A DNA stretch of 64,000 nt from an uncultured cyanobacterium (GTDB lineage: Bacteria; Cyanobacteriota; Cyanobacteriia; Cyanobacteriales; CAWCAG01): NCBI GenBank assembly GCA_963793425.1, contig CAWCAG010000007.1, positions 224,001 to 288,000 of the forward strand. Reading direction: 5' to 3'. Made by a program: the position numbers and the translations under genes. Below are positions 29,901 to 40,198 of this stretch, piece after piece; positions within the stretch are counted from its first letter, which is position 1; each line of letters opens with the position of its first letter. The notes under the pieces are model-generated. The model was not told the DNA's origin, made no database searches, and worked only from the letters and a program-made list of their open reading frames with translations.

Positions 29901-32602
29901 TTAGGTAAAAGAGTTGAGATTTCCGTAATTTTTTGTTGAAGTTCGGCTCTACTAGCTTGAGTAGGAATTTCAATCTGCAAAGTCTCTAGGAAACTGATTC
30001 CTGTTTGAATTGCTGCATCTAGTTGTTTTTTAGCTACCCAGGTGAGAATAACAATTTCATAGACTTTAATAGTATCAAGAATTGACTGGGCTTTATTTAA
30101 TATTTCCTTTGACAAAAAATCTACTTGCTCAAACTGACCATTAAGATAGTAAGCTTCAAGAAGTTGGCTATGGAGCGTGAGGGAGAATGAGTAGTTATTT
30201 TGCCAATCTGGCTCTTTTAATAAGCTCTGAGCTATAACAAAGTATTCTAGTGCTGCTTGATAAGCCGCAGATTGTTTAGCTCGTTGCCCGGCTTGCAAAT
30301 TTAATTGGGCAATTTTTATTTGTTCTGATTTACTTTGAATCTGTGATAAACCGAAGTTGAGTTGATTAGTAACATCAAAAATTCGTGATTCTAAGAGATG
30401 CTCAGGGGTATTTTTTAACAGCAAACGCCCAATGGTAAGATGAGCAGATTTTTGTATTTCTGAAGGGATTAAACTATAAGCCGCTTGCTGAATACGGTCA
30501 TGCAAAAACCGATAATCAACGGATATATCTTCAAACTGATACTGTTGCCTATTCTCATTGCCTTGGAAGAATTTGTAGGTTTCACTAGCAGCTAATATCA
30601 GCCGTTCTTGTAAAGCTTTCCACAACGCTGTTGCAACTTCTTCTTGGGGTAGTTGCGTGACAATTGCTAATGTAGCTAAGTCAAACTGGTTGCCGATGCA
30701 AGCGGCTAGCTTTAAGACTTCTTGAGTAGCTTCTGGCAACTTCCGCAATTGAGTTGCCATAAATTCCACTACATCATCTGTGATGGCTAATTGCCGTATC
30801 TTAGCGATGTTACATTGCCAATATCCTGCTTCGCTATTAAAAGTGATGAGCTTATCTTCATGCAGCCCCTTCAGAAATTGACTGGTGAAAAAGGGATTTC
30901 CTTTCGTTTTTTGATGTACTAATTCTGTTAAGGGAACTGCTAGTTGCAGAGTACAACTGAGTGTGTCTGCAATTAGATGGTTTAATCCCAACAGAGTTAA
31001 GGGGGCTAGGGAAATTGTGCTGACAATTGCTTCATTTTTGATAATCTGATCTAATGTCACCACAAAAGGATGAGCAGGATGTACTTCGTTGTCTCGATAG
31101 GCTCCTAAAATTAACAAGTACCCTGTTTGAGTTACCTCCATCAGCAGTTTCATGAGACTAAGAGATGCTGAGTCTGCCCACTGCAAGTCATCAAGAAAAA
31201 TAACCAAAGGATGATTTTTGGTGGTGAAGACTTGGATGAATTTGCTAAAGAGCAAATTGAAGCGATTTTGTGCTGCACCTCCAGAAAGTGTAGGGACGGC
31301 AGGTTGTTGCCCAATAATACTTTTGAGTTCAGGAATTACTTCGATGACAACTTGAGCATTTTCTCCTAAAGCAGCTAAAATCTTATTTTTCCACTGTTGT
31401 AATTGGGCATCACTTTCACTTAGTAATTGCCCCATCAAGTTGCGGAAAGCTTGGACAAAGGCAAAAAAGGGAATGTTGCGATTAAATTGGTCGAATTTCC
31501 CTTTAATGAAATAACCCCGTTGTCGTACAATAGGTTTATGAACTTCATTAACCACAGCAGTTTTACCAATGCCAGAGAAGCCAGCCACCAACATCATTTC
31601 GGTGTTTCCGGCTGCAACTCTCTCAAATGCGGCTAGCAATGCTTTTACTTCATTTTCTCTGCCGTAGAGTTTTTCAGGAATGATGAAGCGATCGCAAATA
31701 TCTCTTTTACCTAATGCAAAAGCCTCAATCTTCCTGTTTTCCCGCCACTGCTGCCAGCATTTATCTAAGTCATATTTCAACCCCAAAGCACTCTGATAGC
31801 GATCCTCAGCATTTTTCGCCATCAACTTCATTACTATCTCACCAACCATCCCAGGAACATTACTACTCCCTGCTCCCTGCTCCCTACTCCCAAATGCCGC
31901 AGGCATTTTAGCCAAATGACAATGCACCAATTCCATGACCTCATTTGAGGTGAAGGGTAACTTTCCTGTTAGCAATTCATAAAATGTTACCCCCAGTGAA
32001 TAAAAGTCACTGCGATAATCAATACCTCGGTTCATCCTTCCTGTTTGTTCTGGAGAAATATAAGCGAGGGTTCCTTCTAAAATATTGGGATTTTGAATTT
32101 CCTGTTGTTCTTTGGGGAGAAGCGAAGAGATGCTAAAGTCAATTAATTTAACTTGCTTGGTTTCTGGGTGAATGAGAATATTAGCTGGTTTAATATCTTT
32201 ATGGATAACGCGGTTTCTATAAAGTTGCTCTAAAATCTCAGTTAGCTTAATGGCAATAGGAAAGAATTCTTCAAGGGAAAGACATTTATTTTCTCTACTC
32301 TCCAATTCTTCACTCAAAGAAATACTACCATCATCTTCCATAACCAAAGCCAAACCATTGCCGTAGTTTTCCAAAGCAATAGGTTGAACAATTCCCTCTA
32401 TCTGAATATTGCTAGTTATTACATACTGATTCCGGAACTTTACTATTTCAGTAAATGTGGGGTATTCTTTTCTAAGGATTTTAATCACTACCGGTTTTTG
32501 GGAACAACAAAAAATTCCCCGATAAACCATAGTTCTATTACCGTTATAAATTTGCTCTGTTATTTGATAGTTAGGAAGCTGAAGTGTAGTATTGCTCATC
32601 AT
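23949..32602 (-). CDS. Giant hybrid Ser/Thr kinase-AAA ATPase-GAF-PAS-histidine kinase-receiver protein (~2,880 aa), split by a single-base frameshift at 27490-27494
   Basis: HKDIKPAN kinase, GFSGIGKT Walker A, LDDLQWAD, three GAF and four PAS-like modules, [10 protein letters not shown]-box, NLLGNAIKF, GTGLGL, REC (ISDIKMP). The two ORFs join as GKTDYDF-L-PAEMA if one T is added to the T5 run. Confidence 0.88.
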
Positions 32603-32935
32603 GTAGACTTTATTAATCTAGATGCAGACTCTATTAATTTAGTTAAATGGACTAAAGTTCAGGAAAATTAGAGATGTTATCCCTATCAAGGATGGCAGAT
32701 TCTTAAATCATTTGTGTATAATTTCCCTGGAAAATTGCCAAATTAACTCTGCTTAACTACTTTTGCTTTTTTTTGGTAGCGCGAGAATAAATTTGGTAAG
32801 ATTTTCTCACCTCACTTGCCCCCCTTAGAGTTCCCCCCTTCTCCATATTTAGACTGGATAACACCACCAATGGTCAATTTCTTGCGACAATGAGATTAAG
32901 AATTGAGATTATCTTGAACTAAATCTATAAAAAAA

Positions 32936-34414
32936 ATGCTTGCTAACCCCCCCAAGAAGCAAAAACGCCATTGGCAACCAATCATCAAAGAATTACAACG
33001 TCTCGTTGGTAAAGATGGAGTTGTCAAGCGCAAAGATGAATTACTTACCTACGAATGCGATGGTTTAGCCAGTTATCGTCAGCGCCCTGCCTTAGTTGTA
33101 CTTCCCCGCACTACTGAACAAGTGGCAGCAGCCGTAAAAGTTTGTTATGACAACGATATTCCTTGGGTAGCCAGGGGAGCAGGAACAGGATTATCTGGGG
33201 GGGCTTTACCGATTGAAGATGGTGTTGTGATTGTCACAGCTAGGATGAAGCGCATTCTTAATGTTGATCTGGCAAACCATCGCATTACCGTAGAGCCAGG
33301 AGTGATTAATAATTGGGTAACTCAAGCTGTAAGCGGTGTTGGTTTTTACTATGCCCCTGATCCTTCTAGTCAGATTATTTGTTCTATTGGTGGTAACGTA
33401 GCAGAAAATTCTGGGGGGGTTCATTGCCTTAAATATGGTGTGACAACTAACCATGTTATTGGTTTAAAAGTAGTCACTCCTGAAGGCTCTACCATCGATA
33501 TTGGAGGGCAAATTCAGGAAATGCCTGGATATGACCTAACAGGGGTTTTTATCGGTTCTGAAGGTACTCTGGGCATTGCTACAGAAATCACTTTACGCAT
33601 CCTCAAACGTCCGGAAGCTATCTGTGTTCTCTTGGCTGATTTTAATACCATTGAGGAAGCAGGAAATGCGGTGACGGGGATTATTAGCAGTGGCATTATT
33701 CCGGCGGGTATGGAAATGATGGATAATCTGAGTATTAATGCTGTAGAAGATGTAGTAGCCACAAACTGTTATCCCCGTGATGCTGGGGCAATTCTTTTAG
33801 TAGAGTTGGATGGTTTAGAAGTAGAAGTGGCAGCGAATAAAAAGCAAATAGCCAAAATTTGCCAGCAAAATGGCGCGAGGAGTACAACTTCTGCTAATGA
33901 TGCTGAAACACGATTAAAAATGTGGAAAGGGCGTAAAGCTGCCTTTGCCGCAGCAGGTTTGCTTAGTCCTAATTATTTTGTTCAAGATGGGGTGATTCCC
34001 CGCACTAAGTTAGCGGAGGTGTTGGCAGAAATTGAAGCTTTAAGTAAAGAATCTGGCTATCGCATTGCTAATGTTTTTCATGCCGGGGATGGTAATTTGC
34101 ATCCTTTGATTCTTTACAATGAAGCAATTGAAGGGGCATTAGAAGAGGTAGAAAAAGTCGGGGGAGAAATCCTTAAACTCTGTGTTAAAGCCGGGGGAAG
34201 TATTTCCGGAGAACATGGCATTGGGGCAGATAAGAATTGTTATATGCCAGATATGTTTAGTGATGTAGATTTAGAAACAATGCAGTATGTGCGGGAGGTT
34301 TGGAATATCAAGGGGTTGGCGAATCCTGGTAAGTTATTTCCCACTCCCCGTAGTTGTGGAGAAGCAGCCAATGCACAGAAGATGGCTAAGATTAAGGGAG
34401 CAGAATTATTTTAG
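32936..34414 (+). CDS. glcD: Glycolate oxidase/dehydrogenase subunit GlcD
   Basis: RGAGTGLSGG, APDPSSQIICSIGGNVAENSGGVHCLKYG, FHAGDGNLHP, SGEHGIG. Confidence 0.93.
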   Translation: MLANPPKKQKRHWQPIIKELQRLVGKDGVVKRKDELLTYECDGLASYRQRPALVVLPRTTEQVAAAVKVCYDNDIPWVARGAGTGLSGGALPIEDGVVIVTARMKRILNVDLANHRITVEPGVINNWVTQAVSGVGFYYAPDPSSQIICSIGGNVAENSGGVHCLKYGVTTNHVIGLKVVTPEGSTIDIGGQIQEMPGYDLTGVFIGSEGTLGIATEITLRILKRPEAICVLLADFNTIEEAGNAVTGIISSGIIPAGMEMMDNLSINAVEDVVATNCYPRDAGAILLVELDGLEVEVAANKKQIAKICQQNGARSTTSANDAETRLKMWKGRKAAFAAAGLLSPNYFVQDGVIPRTKLAEVLAEIEALSKESGYRIANVFHAGDGNLHPLILYNEAIEGALEEVEKVGGEILKLCVKAGGSISGEHGIGADKNCYMPDMFSDVDLETMQYVREVWNIKGLANPGKLFPTPRSCGEAANAQKMAKIKGAELF

Positions 34415-34537
34415 TGGAATCAGTAGAGGTTGCTTAAGTCAGCCTAAGAAAGTTCGATTGTGGACTCTTCAGAAATCCCCGTGTCTAGCCTCCGGCAACG
34501 CTCGGCAACGCTTCGCGAACAGACCGGGGAAGCTTAA
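34412..34537 (+). mobile_element. IS200/IS605-family tnpB 3'-end / right-end remnant
   Basis: Translates SGISRGCLSQPKKVRLWTLQKSPCL, resembling cyanobacterial TnpB C-termini. Terminal hairpin TCCCCGTGTCT...AGACCGGGGA with an insertion in the loop. Confidence 0.6.
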
Positions 34538-34551
34538 TACTCCATTCTCAG

Positions 34552-35799
34552 TCAATCAATATCCAGCAAATTATTTTTCGGATTAACCAAACGCAAGAAT
34601 TTTTGCTTAATTTGCGTATCAAAAGTTTCCCATTTCATTTTGGCAAAATGAGAATCATCGTTATATCCTGTTAAAAAACCGATAGGAATTTCAAACCCTC
34701 CTGCCCGATTTCTGCCCCCACCAAAATAGCGCCCTTGGGGATCTTTTCCTAAAGCTGTTTTGATAAATTCATCAGGATCTAAGGTGATTTTATTAGTTCT
34801 TAAAGAACCAATTAATAATTCTATTTCTTCATCTTCGTCATGAACAATACCATAAACCATAGCGGTATGAACATTTTCTTCTGTTACTAAAAAGTCAGCG
34901 GCTTGGGGTATAGCATCTCTGTCTTCATAGCGTAAATAACTTACCCCAGCTAAGGAAAAATTGTTCTGCACCAGGCGATTTCTCAGGGATTGTTCAATCA
35001 CATCCATCACTCTTTTAGAGCGAGAGGTATGTAGCACAGCGCTCAAGATTTGATTATCATAAAAGCGGCTTAAATAGGCAGCAGCTAAGAAATCATCTTC
35101 TTGGGCTTGGAGAAGGCGATTAGTATCGGAACGCAAACCGTGCATCAAAGCTGTGGCACATTTGACGTGCTTTTTGACATTTCTATCTAATTCAAGCAAA
35201 CCCCCTTGAAGATACTCACATAAAATTGTTGCTGTGGCTCCTACATGGGGACGTAAATCAATGAATTCCGCGTCAAGTTCTCCCTGGCTACTATGATGAT
35301 CAATAACTACTATTAGGGGAATATCGACTTGTTTGATAATAGGCATAAGCTGGCTAGTTGTACCTTGATTATCTACTAAAACGCAACCTTGATAAACTGA
35401 TAAATCTTGCTGATTAACATCCTGAATGCTTAAGCGTTTAGCTGGCAAGCCAGTAAGTTTAACTAAAGCAATATTTTCTTGGTGAGAAAGAGTCCCGGCA
35501 TAGAAAATATCACATTCAATTTCATATTTTTGAGCAATTAGTTGGTATGTCCAGGCACTGGAAAGGGCATCAGGATCAGGGAAATCTTGAATAATCAGAA
35601 CTTGTCTTTCACCACGATGTCTTTCTAAAACTTGCCGTAGTTTATCTAGTCTTTCTTGAAGAGATAAATCTGTATCTTGTTGATTCTGAGAATTGGCTTT
35701 AGTTTTTTCTTTTTTACCATTTTGTCCCTTCGTTACTACTGAATTTGGGGAAGATTCCGGTAGCAACTTGCTATAATCAGAATTAAGCTCTTTATCCAT
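34552..35799 (-). CDS. DHH-family phosphoesterase (NrnA-like oligoribonuclease/PAP phosphatase)
   Basis: DFPDPDAL, LVDNQ, IDHH, GLRSDT, GGGR motifs. Confidence 0.88.
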   Translation of the reverse strand: MDKELNSDYSKLLPESSPNSVVTKGQNGKKEKTKANSQNQQDTDLSLQERLDKLRQVLERHRGERQVLIIQDFPDPDALSSAWTYQLIAQKYEIECDIFYAGTLSHQENIALVKLTGLPAKRLSIQDVNQQDLSVYQGCVLVDNQGTTSQLMPIIKQVDIPLIVVIDHHSSQGELDAEFIDLRPHVGATATILCEYLQGGLLELDRNVKKHVKCATALMHGLRSDTNRLLQAQEDDFLAAAYLSRFYDNQILSAVLHTSRSKRVMDVIEQSLRNRLVQNNFSLAGVSYLRYEDRDAIPQAADFLVTEENVHTAMVYGIVHDEDEEIELLIGSLRTNKITLDPDEFIKTALGKDPQGRYFGGGRNRAGGFEIPIGFLTGYNDDSHFAKMKWETFDTQIKQKFLRLVNPKNNLLDID

Positions 35800-35929
35800 A
35801 GTAGTTTGTCAGTTTTTAATTAATAGGTAAAGGGTTCAATAAGGGATAGTTGATAATTAATTATCCCTTTCATCTTCATCTAGATGCTCAAAATAAAAAA
35901 CTTGCCCTTCAATTAAGTAGCAGGTAAAG

Positions 35930-36427
35930 TTAAATGCCGATGACGTATTTTTTCCACTCCTGATTTCGTCCTTCTTTGGTATGTTTCACTATTTCAAAAT
36001 GGAGACTACTATAAGGGCGACGGGGCTTGGTTAATAAAGGCATTTCTGCTTCTTTAGGAGTGCGGCTACCTTTTTTTACATTGCAACGCACACAAGCCGC
36101 TACAAGATTTTCCCAAGTATCTCCCCCGCCGCGAGAACGGGGAATGACGTGATCTATAGTTAATGTGTCACCTTTGTAATTACAGTATTGACAGGTTTGT
36201 CTGTCTCGTTCCAAAATATTACGACGGGTTAAGGGAATTTCTTTATAGGGAACTCGAACATAATAACGCAGCCTAATTACCGTAGGTAGAGGAAAATGAG
36301 CGTAGATATATAGCCCATTATGCTCAACCTGTTCTGCCTTCCCTTTAAGCAATAAAACAATCGCCCGCCGCCAACTAGTAATATTGAGCGGTTCGTAGGA
36401 AGCGTTGAGTACTAGAACCTTACTCAT
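35930..36427 (-). CDS. HNH endonuclease (conserved cyanobacterial type)
   Basis: LVLNASYEPL, RDRQTCQYC, TIDHVIPRSRGGGDTWENLVAACVRCNVKKG. Confidence 0.93.
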   Translation of the reverse strand: MSKVLVLNASYEPLNITSWRRAIVLLLKGKAEQVEHNGLYIYAHFPLPTVIRLRYYVRVPYKEIPLTRRNILERDRQTCQYCNYKGDTLTIDHVIPRSRGGGDTWENLVAACVRCNVKKGSRTPKEAEMPLLTKPRRPYSSLHFEIVKHTKEGRNQEWKKYVIGI

Positions 36428-36498
36428 TTAGGTAAGAAATTTAGAGATTGTTATCAAAGATAGTAGCACAATTAAGCAAGGATGGGGAGTTGGAAGCA

Positions 36499-36762
36499 AT
36501 GGTAGAAACTTTAGCCGCCAAGCAAATAAGTCTTGAACAACTCCAAGAGCAATTCCACCTTTACAAAAGTAAAACCCCTGATTTTTTCCCGGAATGGCAA
36601 GCTAATTTACCTAATTTAACTGAAAGGGAAAAGCAATCTTTAGATAGGGTTAAAAGCAACTATTTAAGTCTTAGTGAGACTAACTTTTTGTCGGAGCAGA
36701 TGGTTAAAATGGTTGTTTTAGCACCCCTATTAGATTTGGCCAATTTAGCAACAAAAAAATGA
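36499..36762 (+). pseudogene. 3'-truncated fragment of a cyanobacterial 'restriction endonuclease subunit R'-like protein
   Basis: FFPEWQANLPNLTEREKQSLDRVKSNYL...EQMVKMVVLAPLLDLA, then an abrupt end before the expected nuclease core. Confidence 0.6.
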
Positions 36763-36819
36763 TAAATGTTTAATGGTAAATGATAAATGTTTAATGGTAA
36801 ATGGTAAATGTTTAATGAT
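36757..36819. repeat. Tandem 21-bp repeat x3 (AAATGATAAATGTTTAATGGT)
   Basis: Two exact copies and one variant; overlaps the fragment stop codon and the alr start. Confidence 0.85.
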
Positions 36820-37935
36820 AAGTTGCAAAGGGCCTGGGTAGAAGTTAATCAATCAGCTTTAGCTTTTAATGTCGGGCAAATTAAAGGTATATTAAAATCT
36901 CAAACCGCATTGATGGCAGTGGTAAAAGCAGATGCCTACGGCCATGGGGCAACAGAGGTAGCTAAAACGGTTTTGAGTGCTGGGGCTAGTTGGTTAGCGG
37001 TTGCTACCCTTGGTGAGGGCGTGGAGTTGCGAAGAGCAGGAATTCCCGCCCCAATCCTGATCTTGGGAGCAATTAACACTCCCCAAGAAGTAAAGGCGAT
37101 TGCCCAGTGGAATTTACAACCTACTATTGGTACTCCTCAACAGGCATTGATTTTTAGTGAAACTTTGTCTGAGTTAGGAGCAATTTTACCAGTACATCTT
37201 AAGTTAGATACGGGAATGTCTCGCTTAGGAACAAGATGGGAATCGGCAACAGAATTTGTGCAGTTAGTCAAACAATTACCTCAGTTACAAATTAAAAGTA
37301 TTTATTCTCATCTTGCCACTGCTGATGATCTTGAGCCAACCTTTATGAGGTTGCAACAACAAAGATTTAATCGTGCGATCGCCGAGCTTAAAATTAATGG
37401 TATAGTTGCCCCTTGTTTACATTTAGCTAATTCTGCTGCCACCCTAATAAGTAAAGATTTACACTACGATTTAGTACGGGTAGGTTTAGCACTTTATGGT
37501 TTATATCCTGCCCCCCATTTAACTTCCCGCCTCAAGTTACAACCAGCTTTGCAGGTTAAAGCTAGAATTACTCAAATTAAAATTCTCCCTCCCAATACAG
37601 GAGTTAGTTACGGACACAAATTTGTTACTGATAAAGAGTTACGTCTTGGGGTAATTGGTATTGGTTATGCTGATGGTGTACCTCGTAATTTATCCAATCG
37701 TTTGCAAGTACTAATTCGTGGGCAAAGAGTGGCGCAAATCGGGGCAATTACCATGGATCAAATTATGCTTGATGTTAGTAAGATTGAGAATTTGCAAGTA
37801 GGAGAAGTTGTTACTCTTTTAGGTAAAGATGGTAAAGAAGAGATTTCTGCTGATGATTGGGCGACCAGTTTAGGAACTATTTCTTGGGAAATCATTTGTG
37901 GTTTTAAACATCGATTACCGAGGGTTAATAGGTAA
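36808..37935 (+). CDS. alr: Alanine racemase
   Basis: AVVKADAYGHG PLP-lysine motif, HLKLDTGMSRLG, GYADG, ITMDQ. Confidence 0.96.
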   Translation: MFNDKLQRAWVEVNQSALAFNVGQIKGILKSQTALMAVVKADAYGHGATEVAKTVLSAGASWLAVATLGEGVELRRAGIPAPILILGAINTPQEVKAIAQWNLQPTIGTPQQALIFSETLSELGAILPVHLKLDTGMSRLGTRWESATEFVQLVKQLPQLQIKSIYSHLATADDLEPTFMRLQQQRFNRAIAELKINGIVAPCLHLANSAATLISKDLHYDLVRVGLALYGLYPAPHLTSRLKLQPALQVKARITQIKILPPNTGVSYGHKFVTDKELRLGVIGIGYADGVPRNLSNRLQVLIRGQRVAQIGAITMDQIMLDVSKIENLQVGEVVTLLGKDGKEEISADDWATSLGTISWEIICGFKHRLPRVNR

Positions 37936-37964
37936 TAGGTAATGGGTAATAAATTTAGTGTTTT

Positions 37965-38121
37965 GTAGGGTGTGTTCCTTGATATTAATCTTCCCTTAAA
38001 ATGAAACTTGCTAAGAGGAACGCACCGTATCTATTTGTAACTGATATAAATGGTGCGTTAAGTGCTGAATCATAAGTCTGCTATTCTAATTAATAGCTTG
38101 TAGCTGCACAAACACACCCAC
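37965..38121. repeat. GTAG-type REP/REPIN-like palindromic element
   Basis: GTAGGGTGTGTTCC...GGAACGCACC...GGTGCGTTAAGTGCTGAATCA...AACACACCCAC; shares a ~21-bp motif with the MITE interior. Confidence 0.6.
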
Positions 38122-38290
38122 CCAATTGATTACTTATCGTGATACTTTCTGGAGTTAATTCCTGCAAAAATAGTTTTATTTTCCCTAGCACGAGCAGATA
38201 ACACTACTTGCTGTGTCACTTCACTCAAAATAATCATAACTATTACTCATTACTCATTACTCATTACCAATTACCCATTACCTAAATCCC

Positions 38291-39271
38291 ATGTCCATAG
38301 TTGCTGTCGAAAACTTGAGCAAAATCTATCCCGTTGCTGTCAAAGAACCCGGATTAAAAGGGACTTTAGCTCATTTTTTCAAGCGTCAATACCGCCAGGT
38401 TAAAGCAGTACAAAATGTTTCCTTTGAAATTGAACCAGGGGAAGTTGTCGGCTTTTTAGGGCCTAATGGGGCAGGAAAAACTACTACCCTGAAAATGTTA
38501 GCCGGTTTAATTTATCCTTCTCAAGGAAAAGTCAAAGTTTCTGGCTACACACCTTTTGATCGTAAACATCAATTCTTAAATAAGATTAGCTTAGTTATGG
38601 GGCAGAAACAGCAACTAATTTGGGATCTACCTGCCCTGGATTCCTTAAGGATCAATGCTGCTATTTATCAAATTCCCCAGCCCCAATTTAAGCAAAGATT
38701 AGGGGAATTAACAGAAATGCTGTCTTTAGAAAATAAACTAAAGCAGCCAGTACGCAAACTTTCATTAGGGGAAAGAATGAAGGCGGAATTACTCGCCGCC
38801 TTACTTCATCATCCTCAAGTCTTATTCTTAGATGAACCAACTTTAGGATTAGATGTCAATGCCCAAGTTGCTGTGCGAGATTTTTTGCGAGATTATAATC
38901 AACGTTACCAAGCAACAATTCTTTTAACTAGTCATTATATGGCAGATATAACTGCTTTGTGTGAGCGAGTTATGGTTATTCACCAAGGACAACTTATTTA
39001 TAATGGTGGTTTGAATAAGTTATTAGAACACTTTGCCCCTTGTCGAGAAGTAAAAGTAGAACTCGGTTACCTTTTACCTTCAGAAAAATTAGTTGAGTTT
39101 GGAGAAATTCAAAGTATAGAAGGGCGAGAAGTGCGGTTTTTAATTCAGAGAGAAGAGTTAACTAGCCGTGTAGCAAAAATGTTAGCTCAATTAGAAGTTA
39201 TTGATTTAAGTGTAACTGATCCACCTATAGAAGAAGTGATTGGACAGCTTTTTGATAAAGGACAAGTTTAA
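38291..39271 (+). CDS. ABC transporter ATP-binding protein
   Basis: GPNGAGKTT, LSLGERMK, LFLDEPT. Confidence 0.95.
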   Translation: MSIVAVENLSKIYPVAVKEPGLKGTLAHFFKRQYRQVKAVQNVSFEIEPGEVVGFLGPNGAGKTTTLKMLAGLIYPSQGKVKVSGYTPFDRKHQFLNKISLVMGQKQQLIWDLPALDSLRINAAIYQIPQPQFKQRLGELTEMLSLENKLKQPVRKLSLGERMKAELLAALLHHPQVLFLDEPTLGLDVNAQVAVRDFLRDYNQRYQATILLTSHYMADITALCERVMVIHQGQLIYNGGLNKLLEHFAPCREVKVELGYLLPSEKLVEFGEIQSIEGREVRFLIQREELTSRVAKMLAQLEVIDLSVTDPPIEEVIGQLFDKGQV

Positions 39272-40059
39272 TGAAATGGTTATGGAAAAAAGCAATAACT
39301 TTGCTCAGCGTGCAATATGCTTATATGCTCGAATATCGAGCGGAAATCTTTTTATGGGCTCTTTCCAATTCCCTACCAATCATTTTGATGGGAGTTTGGA
39401 CTAAAGCAGCTAATGGGGGAAACTTTGACCTCTCAGCAATAGATTTTGCTCGCTATTTTATTGCTGTTTTCTTAGTACGCCAACTTACCGTTGTTTGGGT
39501 GATTTGGGAATTTGAAAGGGAAGTAGTAGAAGGGAGTCTTTCCTTTTACCTTCTCCAACCTCTAGACCCAGTTTGGCATCACGTCGCCACTCATTTAGGA
39601 GAACGTTTAGGACGCGCACCTCTTGTTGTTTTCCTGTTAATTCTCTTTTTCTGTCTCTATCCCCAAGCAATTTGGCAACCTGATTTAGGAAAAATTTGCT
39701 TATTTTCTCTTACCTGCGTCATGGCTTTTACCCTACGCTTTTTAATTCAATATACCTTTGCCATGTTCGCTTTCTGGATAGAAAGGGCTGTAGCAATTCA
39801 GCAATTTTGGTTATTGTTTTACCTTTTCCTTTCTGGGATGATTGCCCCTTTAGACGTGTTTCCTCCTTTAATGCAAAAGCTGACTCTTTGGACACCATTT
39901 CCCTACATGATGTATTTCCCCGCCGCAATTATAGTTGGTTTAGAAGTTGATATTGTGCAAGGAATTTTAGCCATTTTAGGCTGGGGATTATTCTTTTTCA
40001 TTATTAACCGTTGGTTGTGGAGACGAGGTTTAAAACAGTATTCTGGAATGGGGGCTTGA
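39271..40059 (+). CDS. ABC-2 family permease
   Basis: About six TM segments, YRAE, LLQP, LSGMIAPLDVFP; translationally coupled to the ATPase gene. Confidence 0.88.
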   Translation: MKWLWKKAITLLSVQYAYMLEYRAEIFLWALSNSLPIILMGVWTKAANGGNFDLSAIDFARYFIAVFLVRQLTVVWVIWEFEREVVEGSLSFYLLQPLDPVWHHVATHLGERLGRAPLVVFLLILFFCLYPQAIWQPDLGKICLFSLTCVMAFTLRFLIQYTFAMFAFWIERAVAIQQFWLLFYLFLSGMIAPLDVFPPLMQKLTLWTPFPYMMYFPAAIIVGLEVDIVQGILAILGWGLFFFIINRWLWRRGLKQYSGMGA

Positions 40060-40152
40060 ATAAGTAATGGGTAATAAGTAATAAGTAATAAGTAATAGGT
40101 AATAGGTAATGGTTGACTTTAGCAACTAGCCACTAGCCACTAGCGATTAGCA
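40060..40152. repeat. Cyanobacterial heptamer short tandem repeats (GTAATAA/GTAATAG, CTAGCCA)
   Basis: Visible heptamer runs; similar runs at about 22163-22188, 37925-37950, 38236-38285 and 52998-53017. Confidence 0.8.
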
Positions 40153-40198
40153 ATTAAGTTAAGCTATGTTGTTACTTGCCATTAATCTAAATTTTTAC

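Noticed and set aside
19093..34414. glcE and glcD as an operon split by an inserted island
   Set aside because: The gene order is not the usual glcDEF, these genes are commonly scattered in cyanobacteria, and I saw no att sites or integrase.
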